A stretch of 64,000 nucleotides of DNA from an uncultured virus (IMG/VR IMGVR_UViG_3300031963_011487) (IMGVR_UViG_3300031963_011487), one strand, 5' to 3'; numbered from the stretch's first letter, positions 1 to 10,505 are shown. The notes: generated from the sequence alone by a model not told the origin. Numbers and translations are program-made.

Positions 1-870
1 TTCTTATATCAATACTGGAAAGAAATCCCAAAAACACTTAAATACTATTTGTCGGTTGCTGCGGTAATATTAATGGTTATTACGTCTGCTGGTATCTACG
101 GATACCTTTCATCTGCCTATGCAAAGGTGTCTGCAACTCCATTAGCGTTGAATGCAGACATCCAAACAGTTCAAGGAAGAGTGGGTAGTCTAGAACAAGA
201 TATTAAACGTAAAGAAGATCGTCTTAATCAATTAATAACATTACGATCTCAACAAGAAACCCGTTTGGATAATATGGTATCTAAGTCCACAACAGGAAAC
301 AGTTCGACTATTCGTACGGCACAAAACGCATTAAATCAAGCAGACAGAAATGTTACGGCATTACAAAAAGAAATCTCTAACCTTTCAGCACAGCGAGATA
401 GCCTCAATGGAATCAGTATTAGCAAACGTGTGGAAATTGAAACAAACGGTGATGTTGGCACTTTCATCTATATTGCAAAAGTACTGGGCACTGACCTTGA
501 TACGGTGGTCAAATGGTTCACGCTCGTCATTGTATTAGTTTTTGATCCGTTAGCGGTAGCATTAGTAATTGCAGTTAATTTTCTCATAAAAAATGCAACC
601 CTCGTGTCTAGTAAACCTTCATATAAAATACAAAATGATAATACCGAAGTGTTTACCGTAGAAGATACCGAGCCATATGAAATGTATTATAAAGAAAATA
701 ATATAGATGAAAATGTTATAGAAATGGAAAGTTTACATCTAGCCCAAGAGGCAGCAGATCCTCAATATTATGCTAGAGGTGATTTTGACTGGTCTAATGA
801 ACTTATGTGGAAATACAACCCAAAAGCAATAGAATATTATAACAGAGAAATTCTTCCAAGAAAACAGTAA
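1..870 (+). CDS. Membrane protein with a coiled-coil domain (5'-partial)
   Basis: Frame is open from base 1 (FLYQYWKEIPKTLKYYLSVAAVILM...). Hydrophobic helices flank a long heptad region; VFDPLAV motif. Confidence 0.75.
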   Translation, partial: FLYQYWKEIPKTLKYYLSVAAVILMVITSAGIYGYLSSAYAKVSATPLALNADIQTVQGRVGSLEQDIKRKEDRLNQLITLRSQQETRLDNMVSKSTTGNSSTIRTAQNALNQADRNVTALQKEISNLSAQRDSLNGISISKRVEIETNGDVGTFIYIAKVLGTDLDTVVKWFTLVIVLVFDPLAVALVIAVNFLIKNATLVSSKPSYKIQNDNTEVFTVEDTEPYEMYYKENNIDENVIEMESLHLAQEAADPQYYARGDFDWSNELMWKYNPKAIEYYNREILPRKQ

Positions 871-874
871 ACTA

Positions 875-903
875 TTGACAAACTATCAGTAATAGGTTAG
901 ATT
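875..903 (+). promoter_or_regulatory. Sigma70-type promoter TTGACA-N17-TAGATT
   Basis: TTGACA at 875-880, 17 nt spacer, TAGATT at 898-903, intergenic upstream of uvsE. The same two hexamers recur at 25502. Confidence 0.75.
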
Positions 904-931
904 TATTGTATCTCAACAAACGGTTATATAT

Positions 932-1831
932 ATGCCACATAATGTTGGTTATTGTTGTATTAACATGACGTTGAACAAACAAAAAATTACTACTGGGCGT
1001 GGTATGATTCAACGTACCTTCAAAGAAAAGGGGTTGAACTATGCGTCTGAACTTGCCCTTGCTAATGCACGTGATCTTGTAAAAATCTTACAATGGAATG
1101 CCGATAATAACATCACGGTATTCCGAATGGGGTCGGGTATTTTCCCGTGGGGTACGGAGTATGATCTGTACGACCTTCCGCACATCAACGAAATTGCACG
1201 AACACTGGCAAATGCCGGTATTCTTGCCACATCCACAAAGCAACGTGTCACGGCACACCCTGATCACTTTGTCAAATTGGGATCGGAAAAGGAATCCGTT
1301 GTACTTAATTCTATCAAAGATTTAGAACTACATTCTAAAGTTTTTGATATGATGGGACTGAGCAATACACCATACAACGCACTCAATATCCATGTCGGTA
1401 TGAATTTTTCTCAAGACACGGCGTACCGATGGATTGCAAATTATCATAGACTGTCTAAAAACTGTCAATCACGGTTGGTAGTAGAAAATGACGACAAAGA
1501 GAAGGCATTTTCTGTACGCCAACTCTATCATTATTTACACAACGTAATTAATATTCCAATTACATTTGATTATTTCCATCATCAATTTCATCCTGATGGA
1601 TGGGATTCAAAAGATGCTGCTAAAATAGCAGCAGGTACATGGCCAGAAGGAATTAAACCACTTTTCCATTACAGCGAGAGTAAAAATATCAATGAGAACG
1701 TATCGGGAAATCCTCGGGCACATGCTGATTATGTGTTTAATGTACTTGATGATTACGGTCTTGACATAGACGTTGATCTAGAAGCAAAAGCAAAAGAACT
1801 TGCCCTCTTCAAATACAGGAGTTTAACGTGA
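932..1831 (+). CDS. uvsE: UV DNA damage endonuclease (UvsE/UVDE)
   Basis: GYCCIN, HPDHF, ENDD, DYFHH, HYSES, AHADY and EAKAKE motifs of the UVDE TIM barrel. Confidence 0.93.
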   Translation: MPHNVGYCCINMTLNKQKITTGRGMIQRTFKEKGLNYASELALANARDLVKILQWNADNNITVFRMGSGIFPWGTEYDLYDLPHINEIARTLANAGILATSTKQRVTAHPDHFVKLGSEKESVVLNSIKDLELHSKVFDMMGLSNTPYNALNIHVGMNFSQDTAYRWIANYHRLSKNCQSRLVVENDDKEKAFSVRQLYHYLHNVINIPITFDYFHHQFHPDGWDSKDAAKIAAGTWPEGIKPLFHYSESKNINENVSGNPRAHADYVFNVLDDYGLDIDVDLEAKAKELALFKYRSLT

Positions 1832-2457
1832 TGATTAGTTTCGCCGTAACTACACATAACGAAGGACAGTATATTCAAGATCTATTGGATCAACTGGTAC
1901 CATATTGTGAAAAAACAGGTGATGAAATTGTCGTAGTAGACGATAATTCTACAGATCCATTTACTGTAAATGTTTTAGAGGGATATGAACGTTCCAATTC
2001 TATTAAGTTGCACAACCATGCACTGAATAATAATTTTGCGGCACATAAAAACTTTTTGGCAGAACAATGTAAAGGTGATTATATTTTTCAAGTAGATGCT
2101 GACGAAACATTTCATCCCAACCTTTTAACCTATCTTCACGACATTGTTGACAACAATACCAATATTGATCTGTTTCTTATTCCTCGTGTTAATGTGGTCA
2201 ATGGACTAGTAGACGAAGATATCAAACGTTGGCGATGGCAGGTAAACGAACACGGGTGGGTCATGTTCCCAGATTATCAAACTCGTTTGTATAAGAGCCA
2301 CGTTGATATTCGTTGGGAAGGGGTAGTTCACGAACGTATTGTCGGGTTCAAAACAATGGCCCCGCTCCCAGCCGAAGAAGAATGGTCGTTATATCACATT
2401 AAAGATATTGATCGGCAACGTAAACAGAACGATTATTACGCAACTATTCAGAGGTAA
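1828..2457 (+). CDS. Glycosyltransferase family 2
   Basis: ISFAVTTHNE, VVVDDNSTD, DxD motif QVDADE, PDYQTRLY, VHERI. Confidence 0.9.
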   Translation: MMISFAVTTHNEGQYIQDLLDQLVPYCEKTGDEIVVVDDNSTDPFTVNVLEGYERSNSIKLHNHALNNNFAAHKNFLAEQCKGDYIFQVDADETFHPNLLTYLHDIVDNNTNIDLFLIPRVNVVNGLVDEDIKRWRWQVNEHGWVMFPDYQTRLYKSHVDIRWEGVVHERIVGFKTMAPLPAEEEWSLYHIKDIDRQRKQNDYYATIQR

Positions 2458-2459
2458 TC

Positions 2460-3488
2460 ATGAGAGGACAAGCATTAACATATGACGATATTACACTCAT
2501 ACCACGATATAGTGAAATTGAAAGCCGTCAAAAAATTGACCTTACAACTCAATTAACAACTAATTATAGTATTGGGGTTCCGTTGATTGCTTCTCCAATG
2601 GATACTGTGTGTGATTCCGAAATGGCTATTGCTATGGCAGAATTGGGTGGCGTGGGATGTATTCATCGTTTCAATACTATTACGGAACAGATGAATGAAG
2701 TTATGTTAGTGACGAAAAAACTACATACTTTTTTTCTGATGCAATCCCAAGTAATTCCCGTTATGGCGGCAATCGGAGCAAATGGTGATTATTTAGAACG
2801 GGCACACGCCCTTGTTTCTGCTGGAGCAAACGTTATATTAATTGACGTAGCACACGGACATCACAAATTTGTTAAAGAAGCAATCAACACGTTAAAATAT
2901 CAGTTACCGTCACACGTAGATATTATTGCTGGAAATGTTGCAACTGCCCACGCCGCAGCAGATCTTGTTGAGTGGGGGGCAGACGCAATTCGGGTGGGGA
3001 TTGGTGGAGGATCGCTGTGTACCACTCGGATCAAAACAGGGTTTGGTGTCCCAAATGTTATGTCATTAGAACGTTGCGCCAGTGAGGTTACGGTTCCAAT
3101 CATTGCGTGTGGTGGTATTCGGAACAGTGGAGACATTGCAAAGGCATTAGCAGTTGGCGCAAGTTCGGTTATTCTGGGATCACTTCTTGCAGGAACCAAA
3201 GAAGCGCCTGGAGCAATCATTGAGAAGTCAAATGGGTTATATAAGAGATATCGTGGGGCTGCTTCATTGGAGACGAAGACGGTTCACGGTCAAGCTACTC
3301 GAAATGTGGAAGGCGAGTCTACTATCGTTCCGTTCAAGGGTAGCGTGAAATTCGTTGTGGAGGGGTTGTTGGATGGCTTGCGGTCTGCATTATCCTATGC
3401 CGGAGCAAACAATCTAACGGAGTTCAATCCAGACTATGTACAAGTCACAAACGCCGGAATGAACGAGGCCCGTCCCCACCTTCTGTGA
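2460..3488 (+). CDS. IMP dehydrogenase / GMP reductase family protein, no CBS domains
   Basis: ASPMDTV, IDVAHGH, AGNVAT, catalytic loop VGIGGGSLCTTR, YRG..S, EG. GuaB and GuaC cannot be told apart by eye. Confidence 0.9.
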   Translation: MRGQALTYDDITLIPRYSEIESRQKIDLTTQLTTNYSIGVPLIASPMDTVCDSEMAIAMAELGGVGCIHRFNTITEQMNEVMLVTKKLHTFFLMQSQVIPVMAAIGANGDYLERAHALVSAGANVILIDVAHGHHKFVKEAINTLKYQLPSHVDIIAGNVATAHAAADLVEWGADAIRVGIGGGSLCTTRIKTGFGVPNVMSLERCASEVTVPIIACGGIRNSGDIAKALAVGASSVILGSLLAGTKEAPGAIIEKSNGLYKRYRGAASLETKTVHGQATRNVEGESTIVPFKGSVKFVVEGLLDGLRSALSYAGANNLTEFNPDYVQVTNAGMNEARPHLL

Positions 3489-3495
3489 GGAATTT

Positions 3496-4020
3496 ATGAA
3501 AAAACTTATTTTGGTACTTGTAATTTTAATTACGTCTGTGTATATTGTTGATAGACTTCCAAATGTTACGGTTACACCGATTCCAAAGTCTAAACCTACG
3601 CCGGTTGAAATGTTTATGGATCGCATTGCGTCAATTGAGACACCGGGCGGAACCCATAGAACAGTCAATCAGTTCGGTATGATGGGACGTTATCAGTTTA
3701 GTCCATCTACCGTTCGGGTTTTAGGATTTCGAGTAACGCAACATCAGTTTTTAAACAACCGACAGATCCAAGATACCGTGATGTTACGATATATGAAGGT
3801 CAATCATCGTGAATTGTCATGGTATATTCGTCGGTATAGTGGAAAAGTAGTGAATGGGGTCAAAATTACCCGTGCAGGTATCCTTGCCGGAGCGCATTTT
3901 GCGGGAAGTGAGGGGGTAAAAGCATTTTTCCGTACCGGAAGTAACAGAACTGATGCAAATGGAACGTCGGTAGCAAAATATATGTCAAAATTTAGTAATT
4001 TCCACCTACCAGAGATCTAA
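3496..4020 (+). CDS. Secreted or membrane-anchored lysozyme-like (transglycosylase-fold) protein
   Basis: N-terminal hydrophobic signal, candidate catalytic Glu in IASIET, GRYQF motif, AGAHFAG, DANGTS. Confidence 0.7.
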   Translation: MKKLILVLVILITSVYIVDRLPNVTVTPIPKSKPTPVEMFMDRIASIETPGGTHRTVNQFGMMGRYQFSPSTVRVLGFRVTQHQFLNNRQIQDTVMLRYMKVNHRELSWYIRRYSGKVVNGVKITRAGILAGAHFAGSEGVKAFFRTGSNRTDANGTSVAKYMSKFSNFHLPEI

Positions 4021-4292
4021 TGATAATCGTTATTACAATTTTAGGTATACTAAACATAGGGTTAGGGTATGCAACCTATAATCTACTGAAAAAATTAGAA
4101 ATTTATGAAAAAAGTATAGAGGAATTCTATACTTCATTGTCTTTTGTACTCCATACGATGAGAACATTAGACGAAAAACAAATGTTTGAATCAGATGACG
4201 AAGTGGGGACGGTATTTAGGCAAATGTCCGACATACTGTTCACGCTTCGTCCAATAATTTATGGAAAGGAGCAAAATGAAGAAAAAGACTGA
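4020..4292 (+). CDS. Small membrane-anchored hypothetical protein
   Basis: N-terminal TM helix, FESDDEVG motif; coupled to neighbouring genes. Confidence 0.7.
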   Translation: MIIVITILGILNIGLGYATYNLLKKLEIYEKSIEEFYTSLSFVLHTMRTLDEKQMFESDDEVGTVFRQMSDILFTLRPIIYGKEQNEEKD

Positions 4293-5040
4293 CCTAGAAA
4301 TTCGTCGTGCCAAGCTGGGTAAGGTATATTTCACCCAAGATACGGAACGAGCAATTGTAGAATACAATAAATCTTCCGATCAAGAGGAAAGAGATCAAAT
4401 ATTTAGAGAACGAATACACGCACCAATTGATAAATTAGCAGAAAATATAATTAATAGATTTAAATTTCCTTATATAGATGGAAATTTTGAAGATATTAAG
4501 AATCAGGTAGTATCATTTCTAGTACTTAATTTACACAAGTTTACGGAAGATAAAGGTAAGGCATTTTCATATTTTTCTGTGGTAGCAAAAAACTATTTAG
4601 TATTACACAACAATAATTCGTATCGTGATGAATTGCGATCAACTTACATAGTAGATTCGTCAACCGACGAGTCGTATTTATTGGAGGAAGTACTAACAAC
4701 AAAACCAGAAGTTGAATCTTCTCACAAAGATACTAGTGATTTTGTAGAATTGTTAATTCAATATTGGGATTTTAATTTAGATAGAATTTTTAGGAAAAAA
4801 AGAGACAAGGAAATAGCAAATGCTGTAATAGAATTAATGAAACGCGCAAACACAATAGAAAATTTCAATAAAAAAGCACTATACGTACTAATTCGTGAAA
4901 TGACCAACAATAAAACGGTTCATATCACGAAAGTTATTAATAAGATGAAAGTACATGTTTTGGAACAAATGAAAGAATATCGCCGGTCAGGATATTTATC
5001 AGATCCATCCATGCTTTTTGTCTATAATCAAGAAAAATAA
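4276..5040 (+). CDS. Late-transcription sigma factor (T4 gp55-like)
   Basis: KGKAFSYFSVVAKN resembles the gp55 AFxYFT motif, also YFTQ and KLAENII. Start chosen at the ATG after AGGAG. Confidence 0.65.
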   Translation: MKKKTDLEIRRAKLGKVYFTQDTERAIVEYNKSSDQEERDQIFRERIHAPIDKLAENIINRFKFPYIDGNFEDIKNQVVSFLVLNLHKFTEDKGKAFSYFSVVAKNYLVLHNNNSYRDELRSTYIVDSSTDESYLLEEVLTTKPEVESSHKDTSDFVELLIQYWDFNLDRIFRKKRDKEIANAVIELMKRANTIENFNKKALYVLIREMTNNKTVHITKVINKMKVHVLEQMKEYRRSGYLSDPSMLFVYNQEK

Positions 5041-5041
5041 C

Positions 5042-5048
5042 TATTTAT
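5042..5048 (+). promoter_or_regulatory. Putative late promoter TATTTAT
   Basis: Recurrent intergenic motif at the start of the baseplate block. Confidence 0.5.
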
Positions 5049-5079
5049 GATATAGACCTTCACTCTATAGAAATTGCTT

Positions 5080-5466
5080 ATGGCATTTGATACGGAAATT
5101 TTTGACGGAAAAACATTGGCTGATCTGTTCTCGGATATCTACAAAAATACAGATAAAAAACGAGAACAGATCAATCAATTTGTGGCAAGTTTTGTTAAAC
5201 TAATCAAAACCCCAGAAGACGCAGCCGTCCTCGGACCAGTTATAAAAGATTTTTTGGATGTAAATGTTAAAAATGACGAACATTTGGTTAGACTTGCACA
5301 GATAGCACAACGATTGGTCATGGTATCCAGTAAAGGATCTTCGTCCGGCGACATGTTGAGCGAGGAAGAAAAAATGCAACTGTTAAAAAATATAAAAAGT
5401 GATTTTGAAACGGTTATTGCAGAACAAGACGACTTAGAAAATACGATTCATCGGATAAAACCGTAA
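5080..5466 (+). CDS. Hypothetical helical protein
   Basis: ORF in the operon; VKNDEHLVRLAQIAQR. Confidence 0.7.
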   Translation: MAFDTEIFDGKTLADLFSDIYKNTDKKREQINQFVASFVKLIKTPEDAAVLGPVIKDFLDVNVKNDEHLVRLAQIAQRLVMVSSKGSSSGDMLSEEEKMQLLKNIKSDFETVIAEQDDLENTIHRIKP

Positions 5467-5467
5467 T

Positions 5468-7018
5468 ATGGCATCTGGAGACAAGTGGGTTTATAGAGGA
5501 AGGCCTGGTGGAATGCTGGCTACGTCAGGAACAACTGATTCAGCCAGACCTATAACAACACCCATACATGAAGCAATCGTTGAAGATGTAATATTAGATC
5601 ATCTTCATCCAAAATATTCGTCGGACGGGTATAACGTAGGGATGATAAAAATCAGAATATTTTCAGTAGATAATAGTAGAGATTCCGAGACACTGGATTG
5701 GGCTCAGCCGATTGATGCAACAATACAAGAACTTCCATTAATAGGTGAGTTGGTAATAGTACAACGAGTACTAGGAGACTATTTCTACAATAGAAAAGTT
5801 TATCTTGCACACAGAATACAAGAAAACGGTATGTTAAATCTATCAAAGCAATTAGATAACAGACCGGCTAAACTTGGCAGAAAAATAACTGCTACACAAA
5901 CTGAAATTCAAAAGGAAGACCACGAGTTTGGGCAGTATTTTAAGCCTGATAATAGAGTACGACCACTCAAACATTTTGAGGGAGACGTTCTCATTCAAGG
6001 ACGCATGGGACACTCAATCAGGTTTGGTTCAAGTCAGATGGATCCAAGTAGTAAAGGAATGGCACCCAACATAATATTACGGACTGGACAGGCAAAGGAT
6101 GCAGAAACTAAAAATTGTACGACGGATAAAGTCTTTGGATTAACGTTAGAGGATATTAATAGAGATGCATCATCTTTGTGGATGACTTCGGATCAAACAG
6201 TTCCTTTTGAACCCATCACGTTGAATGCGGGATCATTTTACAGATCTATTTTAAATCCACCACAAAAGTTTGATAAAGCACAGATTATATTGAATTCTGA
6301 TAGAATAATTTTGGATGCAAAGAAAACACATATCATGATGTTTTCAAATGAAGAAATATATTTGAATAGCTTTAAAAGAACGTCAATAGACGCGGATGAA
6401 AGCATCATATTAACAGCAAACTTAGACGTACAGATAAACACCAGTAGAAATATTGATAACGTTGCAGATGAAGATTTTACTGTAAAAGCCGGAAGTGATA
6501 TATCTATGTTGGCTGGTGAAAAAATTTCTCTAGTGGGTAAAAAAATTCATTTGGGTGGAATACAAAATGATGCAGAACCCGTGGTTGGTGGAACAAGTTT
6601 ATCTATATTTTTAGCCAGGTTAATACAAGCTATTATGGGACTAGGAATAACACCCCCGCAAATACCCACATACCAGTCGGCAGGATTATCTGGACCAACT
6701 ATAAATATTCCGTCAGCAATAACTCCTGGCACTTCTGCATTTTTTCATGTACAAACACCAACTGGACCAGGAGTATTGATGCCGCAGATAGTAACCGCGC
6801 TAACGGCACTACACACCGAGTTAGTGTCACCAAACCCAGGATCACAAAAATCTTCACCGTTTTCTGGAGCACCATTTAATAGCAATGATGTGTTTATTGC
6901 AATGTCAAATCAAGACGTAACAACTGCAATTGTTAAAAATGAATTTGAAAACGGAACACAAATTAAAACTGAAAACAATCAATGGCTGTTATCAGACAGC
7001 TACTATAAAGTAACCTAA
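5468..7018 (+). CDS. Baseplate hub/spike protein (gp5/VgrG-like)
   Basis: N-terminal OB-like region (PLIGELVIV), EGDVLIQGRMGHSIRFG, IILNSDRII, beta-helix-like repeats, IHLG..AEPVV; lies upstream of gp25/gp6. Confidence 0.65.
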   Translation: MASGDKWVYRGRPGGMLATSGTTDSARPITTPIHEAIVEDVILDHLHPKYSSDGYNVGMIKIRIFSVDNSRDSETLDWAQPIDATIQELPLIGELVIVQRVLGDYFYNRKVYLAHRIQENGMLNLSKQLDNRPAKLGRKITATQTEIQKEDHEFGQYFKPDNRVRPLKHFEGDVLIQGRMGHSIRFGSSQMDPSSKGMAPNIILRTGQAKDAETKNCTTDKVFGLTLEDINRDASSLWMTSDQTVPFEPITLNAGSFYRSILNPPQKFDKAQIILNSDRIILDAKKTHIMMFSNEEIYLNSFKRTSIDADESIILTANLDVQINTSRNIDNVADEDFTVKAGSDISMLAGEKISLVGKKIHLGGIQNDAEPVVGGTSLSIFLARLIQAIMGLGITPPQIPTYQSAGLSGPTINIPSAITPGTSAFFHVQTPTGPGVLMPQIVTALTALHTELVSPNPGSQKSSPFSGAPFNSNDVFIAMSNQDVTTAIVKNEFENGTQIKTENNQWLLSDSYYKVT

Positions 7019-7019
7019 T

Positions 7020-7742
7020 ATGTCAGATCCAATAAAAGACGCAATTAATACCGTACAAGCAAAGAATTCTGATGGTAGAAAACTATTTGATTTGGCAACC
7101 AATAAAATTTCCAATAATAATGTGGAAAAATTAAAAAAATTACCGATTACTAAAGATCCCGTATTAATAAAAAAAGAAAAAGAGGCGGAAGTTTTAAAAA
7201 AGAAAACGGAGGCAGAAGAACTTAAACTAAATGCCAAACAAATTTTAATTAATGAAGGAAAAACAAAGTTAAAAGACTTCATAGTGGCATCTATTCCATT
7301 TCCGCCAAAATTACCATTTATTGATCCAAAAATAATTCAAGCGGTTGATATAGCCAAGCAATTAAAAAAATTGGCAGGTGAAAAAAAAGAAACAAGTAAA
7401 AATAATCTGGAAAAGGGGAAAGAGACATATACATACCCACTAACTCCAGTAAAAAAAACAGAACCCACACCAGAACCGCCAAAAATTCCAGAAGCATCTC
7501 CCCCACCCCCGACAATTTCTACTAAAATGAAATATTTTATAGAAATAAATTCTAAATCAAACAAAGGTTTGTGGGCAGTGCTGATATATGATAATACTGA
7601 TGGCAACCGAGATTTTCTGGATAGTAAATATTATTCAAAATCAAAATATTCAACGGAAAACGAAGTAAAAACAGAGGTAACTAACCTAATTAAATCTAAC
7701 GGCCTAATAGGATTCCCACCCCAGCCGGATTTCACTTTTTGA
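7020..7742 (+). CDS. Hypothetical protein (Lys/Pro-rich)
   Basis: 240 aa ORF tightly packed in the operon. Confidence 0.65.
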   Translation: MSDPIKDAINTVQAKNSDGRKLFDLATNKISNNNVEKLKKLPITKDPVLIKKEKEAEVLKKKTEAEELKLNAKQILINEGKTKLKDFIVASIPFPPKLPFIDPKIIQAVDIAKQLKKLAGEKKETSKNNLEKGKETYTYPLTPVKKTEPTPEPPKIPEASPPPPTISTKMKYFIEINSKSNKGLWAVLIYDNTDGNRDFLDSKYYSKSKYSTENEVKTEVTNLIKSNGLIGFPPQPDFTF

Positions 7743-7772
7743 TAATAATACTCATGGTTAAGGAGATTATAA

Positions 7773-8108
7773 ATGGATAAGCAATTATTAAAAGCATATA
7801 TTCGTACAATTGTTGAAGAAGAAGTTGAACGAATTTTACCGAAAATGTTAGCAGAAGCAGTTAACGAAGTAAAACAATTGACAGAAATAAAAACGTCCGT
7901 AGCAGCTCCGATAAAAAAACCTTCGCTTGATAGAAAACGGTTTGCAGAGCTCATGGATATATCTTATGACGGCAACACGTTACGTGCGGCCACCAATAAT
8001 ATGACAGTACCGCTCCCAGAAAATACTCCTCATGATGCTGACCCAGAAGTAATAAAAGCAGTTACAAAAGATTATTCTGCCATTATGAAAAAATTAGGGT
8101 TAAGTTGA
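7773..8108 (+). CDS. Hypothetical protein
   Basis: AAGGAG SD upstream; 111 aa. Confidence 0.75.
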   Translation: MDKQLLKAYIRTIVEEEVERILPKMLAEAVNEVKQLTEIKTSVAAPIKKPSLDRKRFAELMDISYDGNTLRAATNNMTVPLPENTPHDADPEVIKAVTKDYSAIMKKLGLS

Positions 8109-8116
8109 GATAATAC

Positions 8117-8497
8117 ATGACTCAAGCGCTTGGAATAACCCTACCCATCAGAATAGGAAATACTGGCTATTTTGAGCAAGGATTTGATACTTTAACACAA
8201 GTTAAATCAAACTTTATAAATTTGATACTTACTAGAAAGGGGGAACGTGTACATCAACCCGAATTTGGGTGTGGTATACACGATTATCTCTTTGAGCAAT
8301 TGACGCCAGAAAATATTGAAGGTGCTCGGTTATCGGTTATAGATGCAGTAGAACGTTGGATGCCTTTCTTAGAATTGGTACAATTTGAGTTAGGTGCGGG
8401 ACCAACTGAAATAGACAATAACACACTTCGTTTATATGTCGGGTACAGACTTAAAAAAAACCCAAACATCAGAGATACCATCATTCTGACGTTTTAG
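8117..8497 (+). CDS. Baseplate wedge / sheath initiator (gp25-like)
   Basis: NLILTRKGERVHQPEFGC signature of the GPW/gp25 family. Confidence 0.9.
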   Translation: MTQALGITLPIRIGNTGYFEQGFDTLTQVKSNFINLILTRKGERVHQPEFGCGIHDYLFEQLTPENIEGARLSVIDAVERWMPFLELVQFELGAGPTEIDNNTLRLYVGYRLKKNPNIRDTIILTF

Positions 8498-8507
8498 GAG
8501 ATAATCA

Positions 8508-10493
8508 ATGGCGGTAAACCAATCAATTACACGAAAATTTACACCAAATTTTAAAGAAGTTAATTACTTAGCAAAAAATTTTTCTGAATTCCGTCAAAAT
8601 TTGATTGAGTTTGCTAAATCATACTACCCTAATACTTATACGGATTTTAATGAAGCATCTCCCGGCATGATGTTTATGGAAATGGCCGCATATGTAGGGG
8701 ATGTACTATCATTTTATATTGATAATCAATTTAAAGAAAACTTATTATTGGTGGCGACGGAAAAACAAAACGTAATTCAGATTGCTCAAGCATTAGGTTA
8801 TAAACCAAAATTAACTGCAGCTGCAACGGTTGAGGCGACTATTTTTCAAATGGTACCTGCATTAGGATCTTTACGGCAATATGAACCCGATAAGCGATTT
8901 TTCTTAAAAGTACTGACTAATTCAAAATTTTCTACAGATACACCGCCTATACAAAGTTTCCGATCCGTGGAAGATGTGGATTTTGCTGACCCAACGAATA
9001 GATCTATACGAATACTTTCTCGGGACATAAACAATGCACCCACCATGTATGTGGTTTCAAAAAAGATAAAATTGGTATCCGCTGATACAAAAGTTGCAAC
9101 GTTTTCTTTTGGTTCTGCACAAAAATTTTCAAAAATAGAATTGAATGAACCAAATATCATAGGAATACAATCGGTGGTTGATTCGGATGGGTATACTTGG
9201 CATGAAGTAGACTATTTGGGGCAAGATTTATTATTAGAAGAACGTACAATACAAGTTAGAGACGATGCGGGATATTTGTCTGAATCTACGTTAGAAACAG
9301 GCTCATTACCACCTGCTAAATTGGCAATTTTAAGAAGAAGACCACGTAGATTTGCAACAAGAATCAATTCTTCCATGAAAATGGAACTTTGGTTTGGTTC
9401 CGGAACAGGAGAAATGGATAGTGATCTTGTTACACTAAACTCTACACAAATTGCAAATTCAAAGTACAATCAAGTAATTGCAAATACTTCGTTGGATCCA
9501 TCTGACTTTATATCAAGTGATACATTTGGAATGGCTCCTGCAAATACTACGTTAACTGTCACGTATCTTATTGGCGGCGGCGTTCAATCAAACGTTTCAT
9601 CAAATACAATAAATAAAGTAGATTTACCGTTGGTGGCCAATACGATAACTGACTACCAACCTGCGGAGAGAAATTTATTTTCTCAAATAGTTGCAAGTCT
9701 AGCAATTTTAAATGACGAACCTGCACGTGGTGGTGGAAACGCAGAAGATGTTGAAGAAATTCGTCAAAACGCTCTAGCATTTTTCAATGCACAAAATCGT
9801 GTAGTCACTGATAAAGATTACATGGTTAGATCCCTTGCAATGCCATCTAAATTTGGACAAATCTCAAAAGTATTTGTTGTTCGTGACGAACAAATTAACG
9901 CAATCGGCGAACAAGACCCGTCCAATTTAGTAGTAAATAACGACCAAGACCCATACAATAATAGAATATATGTAAAAGATCCAGTGGCGCCAAATTCTAT
10001 AAACTTATATGTTCTTGGTTATGATTCAACCGGTAAGTTGGCAACATTAAATACACTGGTTAAGAAAAATCTTGTTAAGTATTTAGAACAATATAGAATA
10101 TTGACGGATGACGTGAACATTCTCGATGCGTTTGTTGTTAATATAGGAGTAGAGTTTAATATAGTAGTATATAGAACCTATAATATGAACGATGTTGTTG
10201 CACGTTGTATAGATGCAATAAAAGAATTTTTTGATATTAAAAAGTGGCAAATAAATCAACCCATAATAATGAATGATTTGCGATTGGTAATAGGTTCGGT
10301 GGACGGAGTACAAACAGTAGTTGATGTATTAATTACTAACAAGTATAAATTTAAAGACGGTCGTGATTATTTTGAATATAGGTATCCAATTGAAGAGGCA
10401 GTGGTCGATGATATTGTATACCCGTCATTAGACCCATGTATTTTTGAAGTCAGATACCCAGAAACAGATATTGTGGGTCACGCTCGTCAATAA
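8508..10493 (+). CDS. Baseplate wedge subunit (gp6/baseplate J-like)
   Basis: YTDFNEASPGMMFMEMAAYVGDVLSFY, LGYKPK, GGGNAEDVEEIR, QNRVVTDKDY; about 660 aa like T4 gp6. Confidence 0.88.
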   Translation: MAVNQSITRKFTPNFKEVNYLAKNFSEFRQNLIEFAKSYYPNTYTDFNEASPGMMFMEMAAYVGDVLSFYIDNQFKENLLLVATEKQNVIQIAQALGYKPKLTAAATVEATIFQMVPALGSLRQYEPDKRFFLKVLTNSKFSTDTPPIQSFRSVEDVDFADPTNRSIRILSRDINNAPTMYVVSKKIKLVSADTKVATFSFGSAQKFSKIELNEPNIIGIQSVVDSDGYTWHEVDYLGQDLLLEERTIQVRDDAGYLSESTLETGSLPPAKLAILRRRPRRFATRINSSMKMELWFGSGTGEMDSDLVTLNSTQIANSKYNQVIANTSLDPSDFISSDTFGMAPANTTLTVTYLIGGGVQSNVSSNTINKVDLPLVANTITDYQPAERNLFSQIVASLAILNDEPARGGGNAEDVEEIRQNALAFFNAQNRVVTDKDYMVRSLAMPSKFGQISKVFVVRDEQINAIGEQDPSNLVVNNDQDPYNNRIYVKDPVAPNSINLYVLGYDSTGKLATLNTLVKKNLVKYLEQYRILTDDVNILDAFVVNIGVEFNIVVYRTYNMNDVVARCIDAIKEFFDIKKWQINQPIIMNDLRLVIGSVDGVQTVVDVLITNKYKFKDGRDYFEYRYPIEEAVVDDIVYPSLDPCIFEVRYPETDIVGHARQ

Positions 10494-10505
10494 ATGAGAT
10501 AAATT

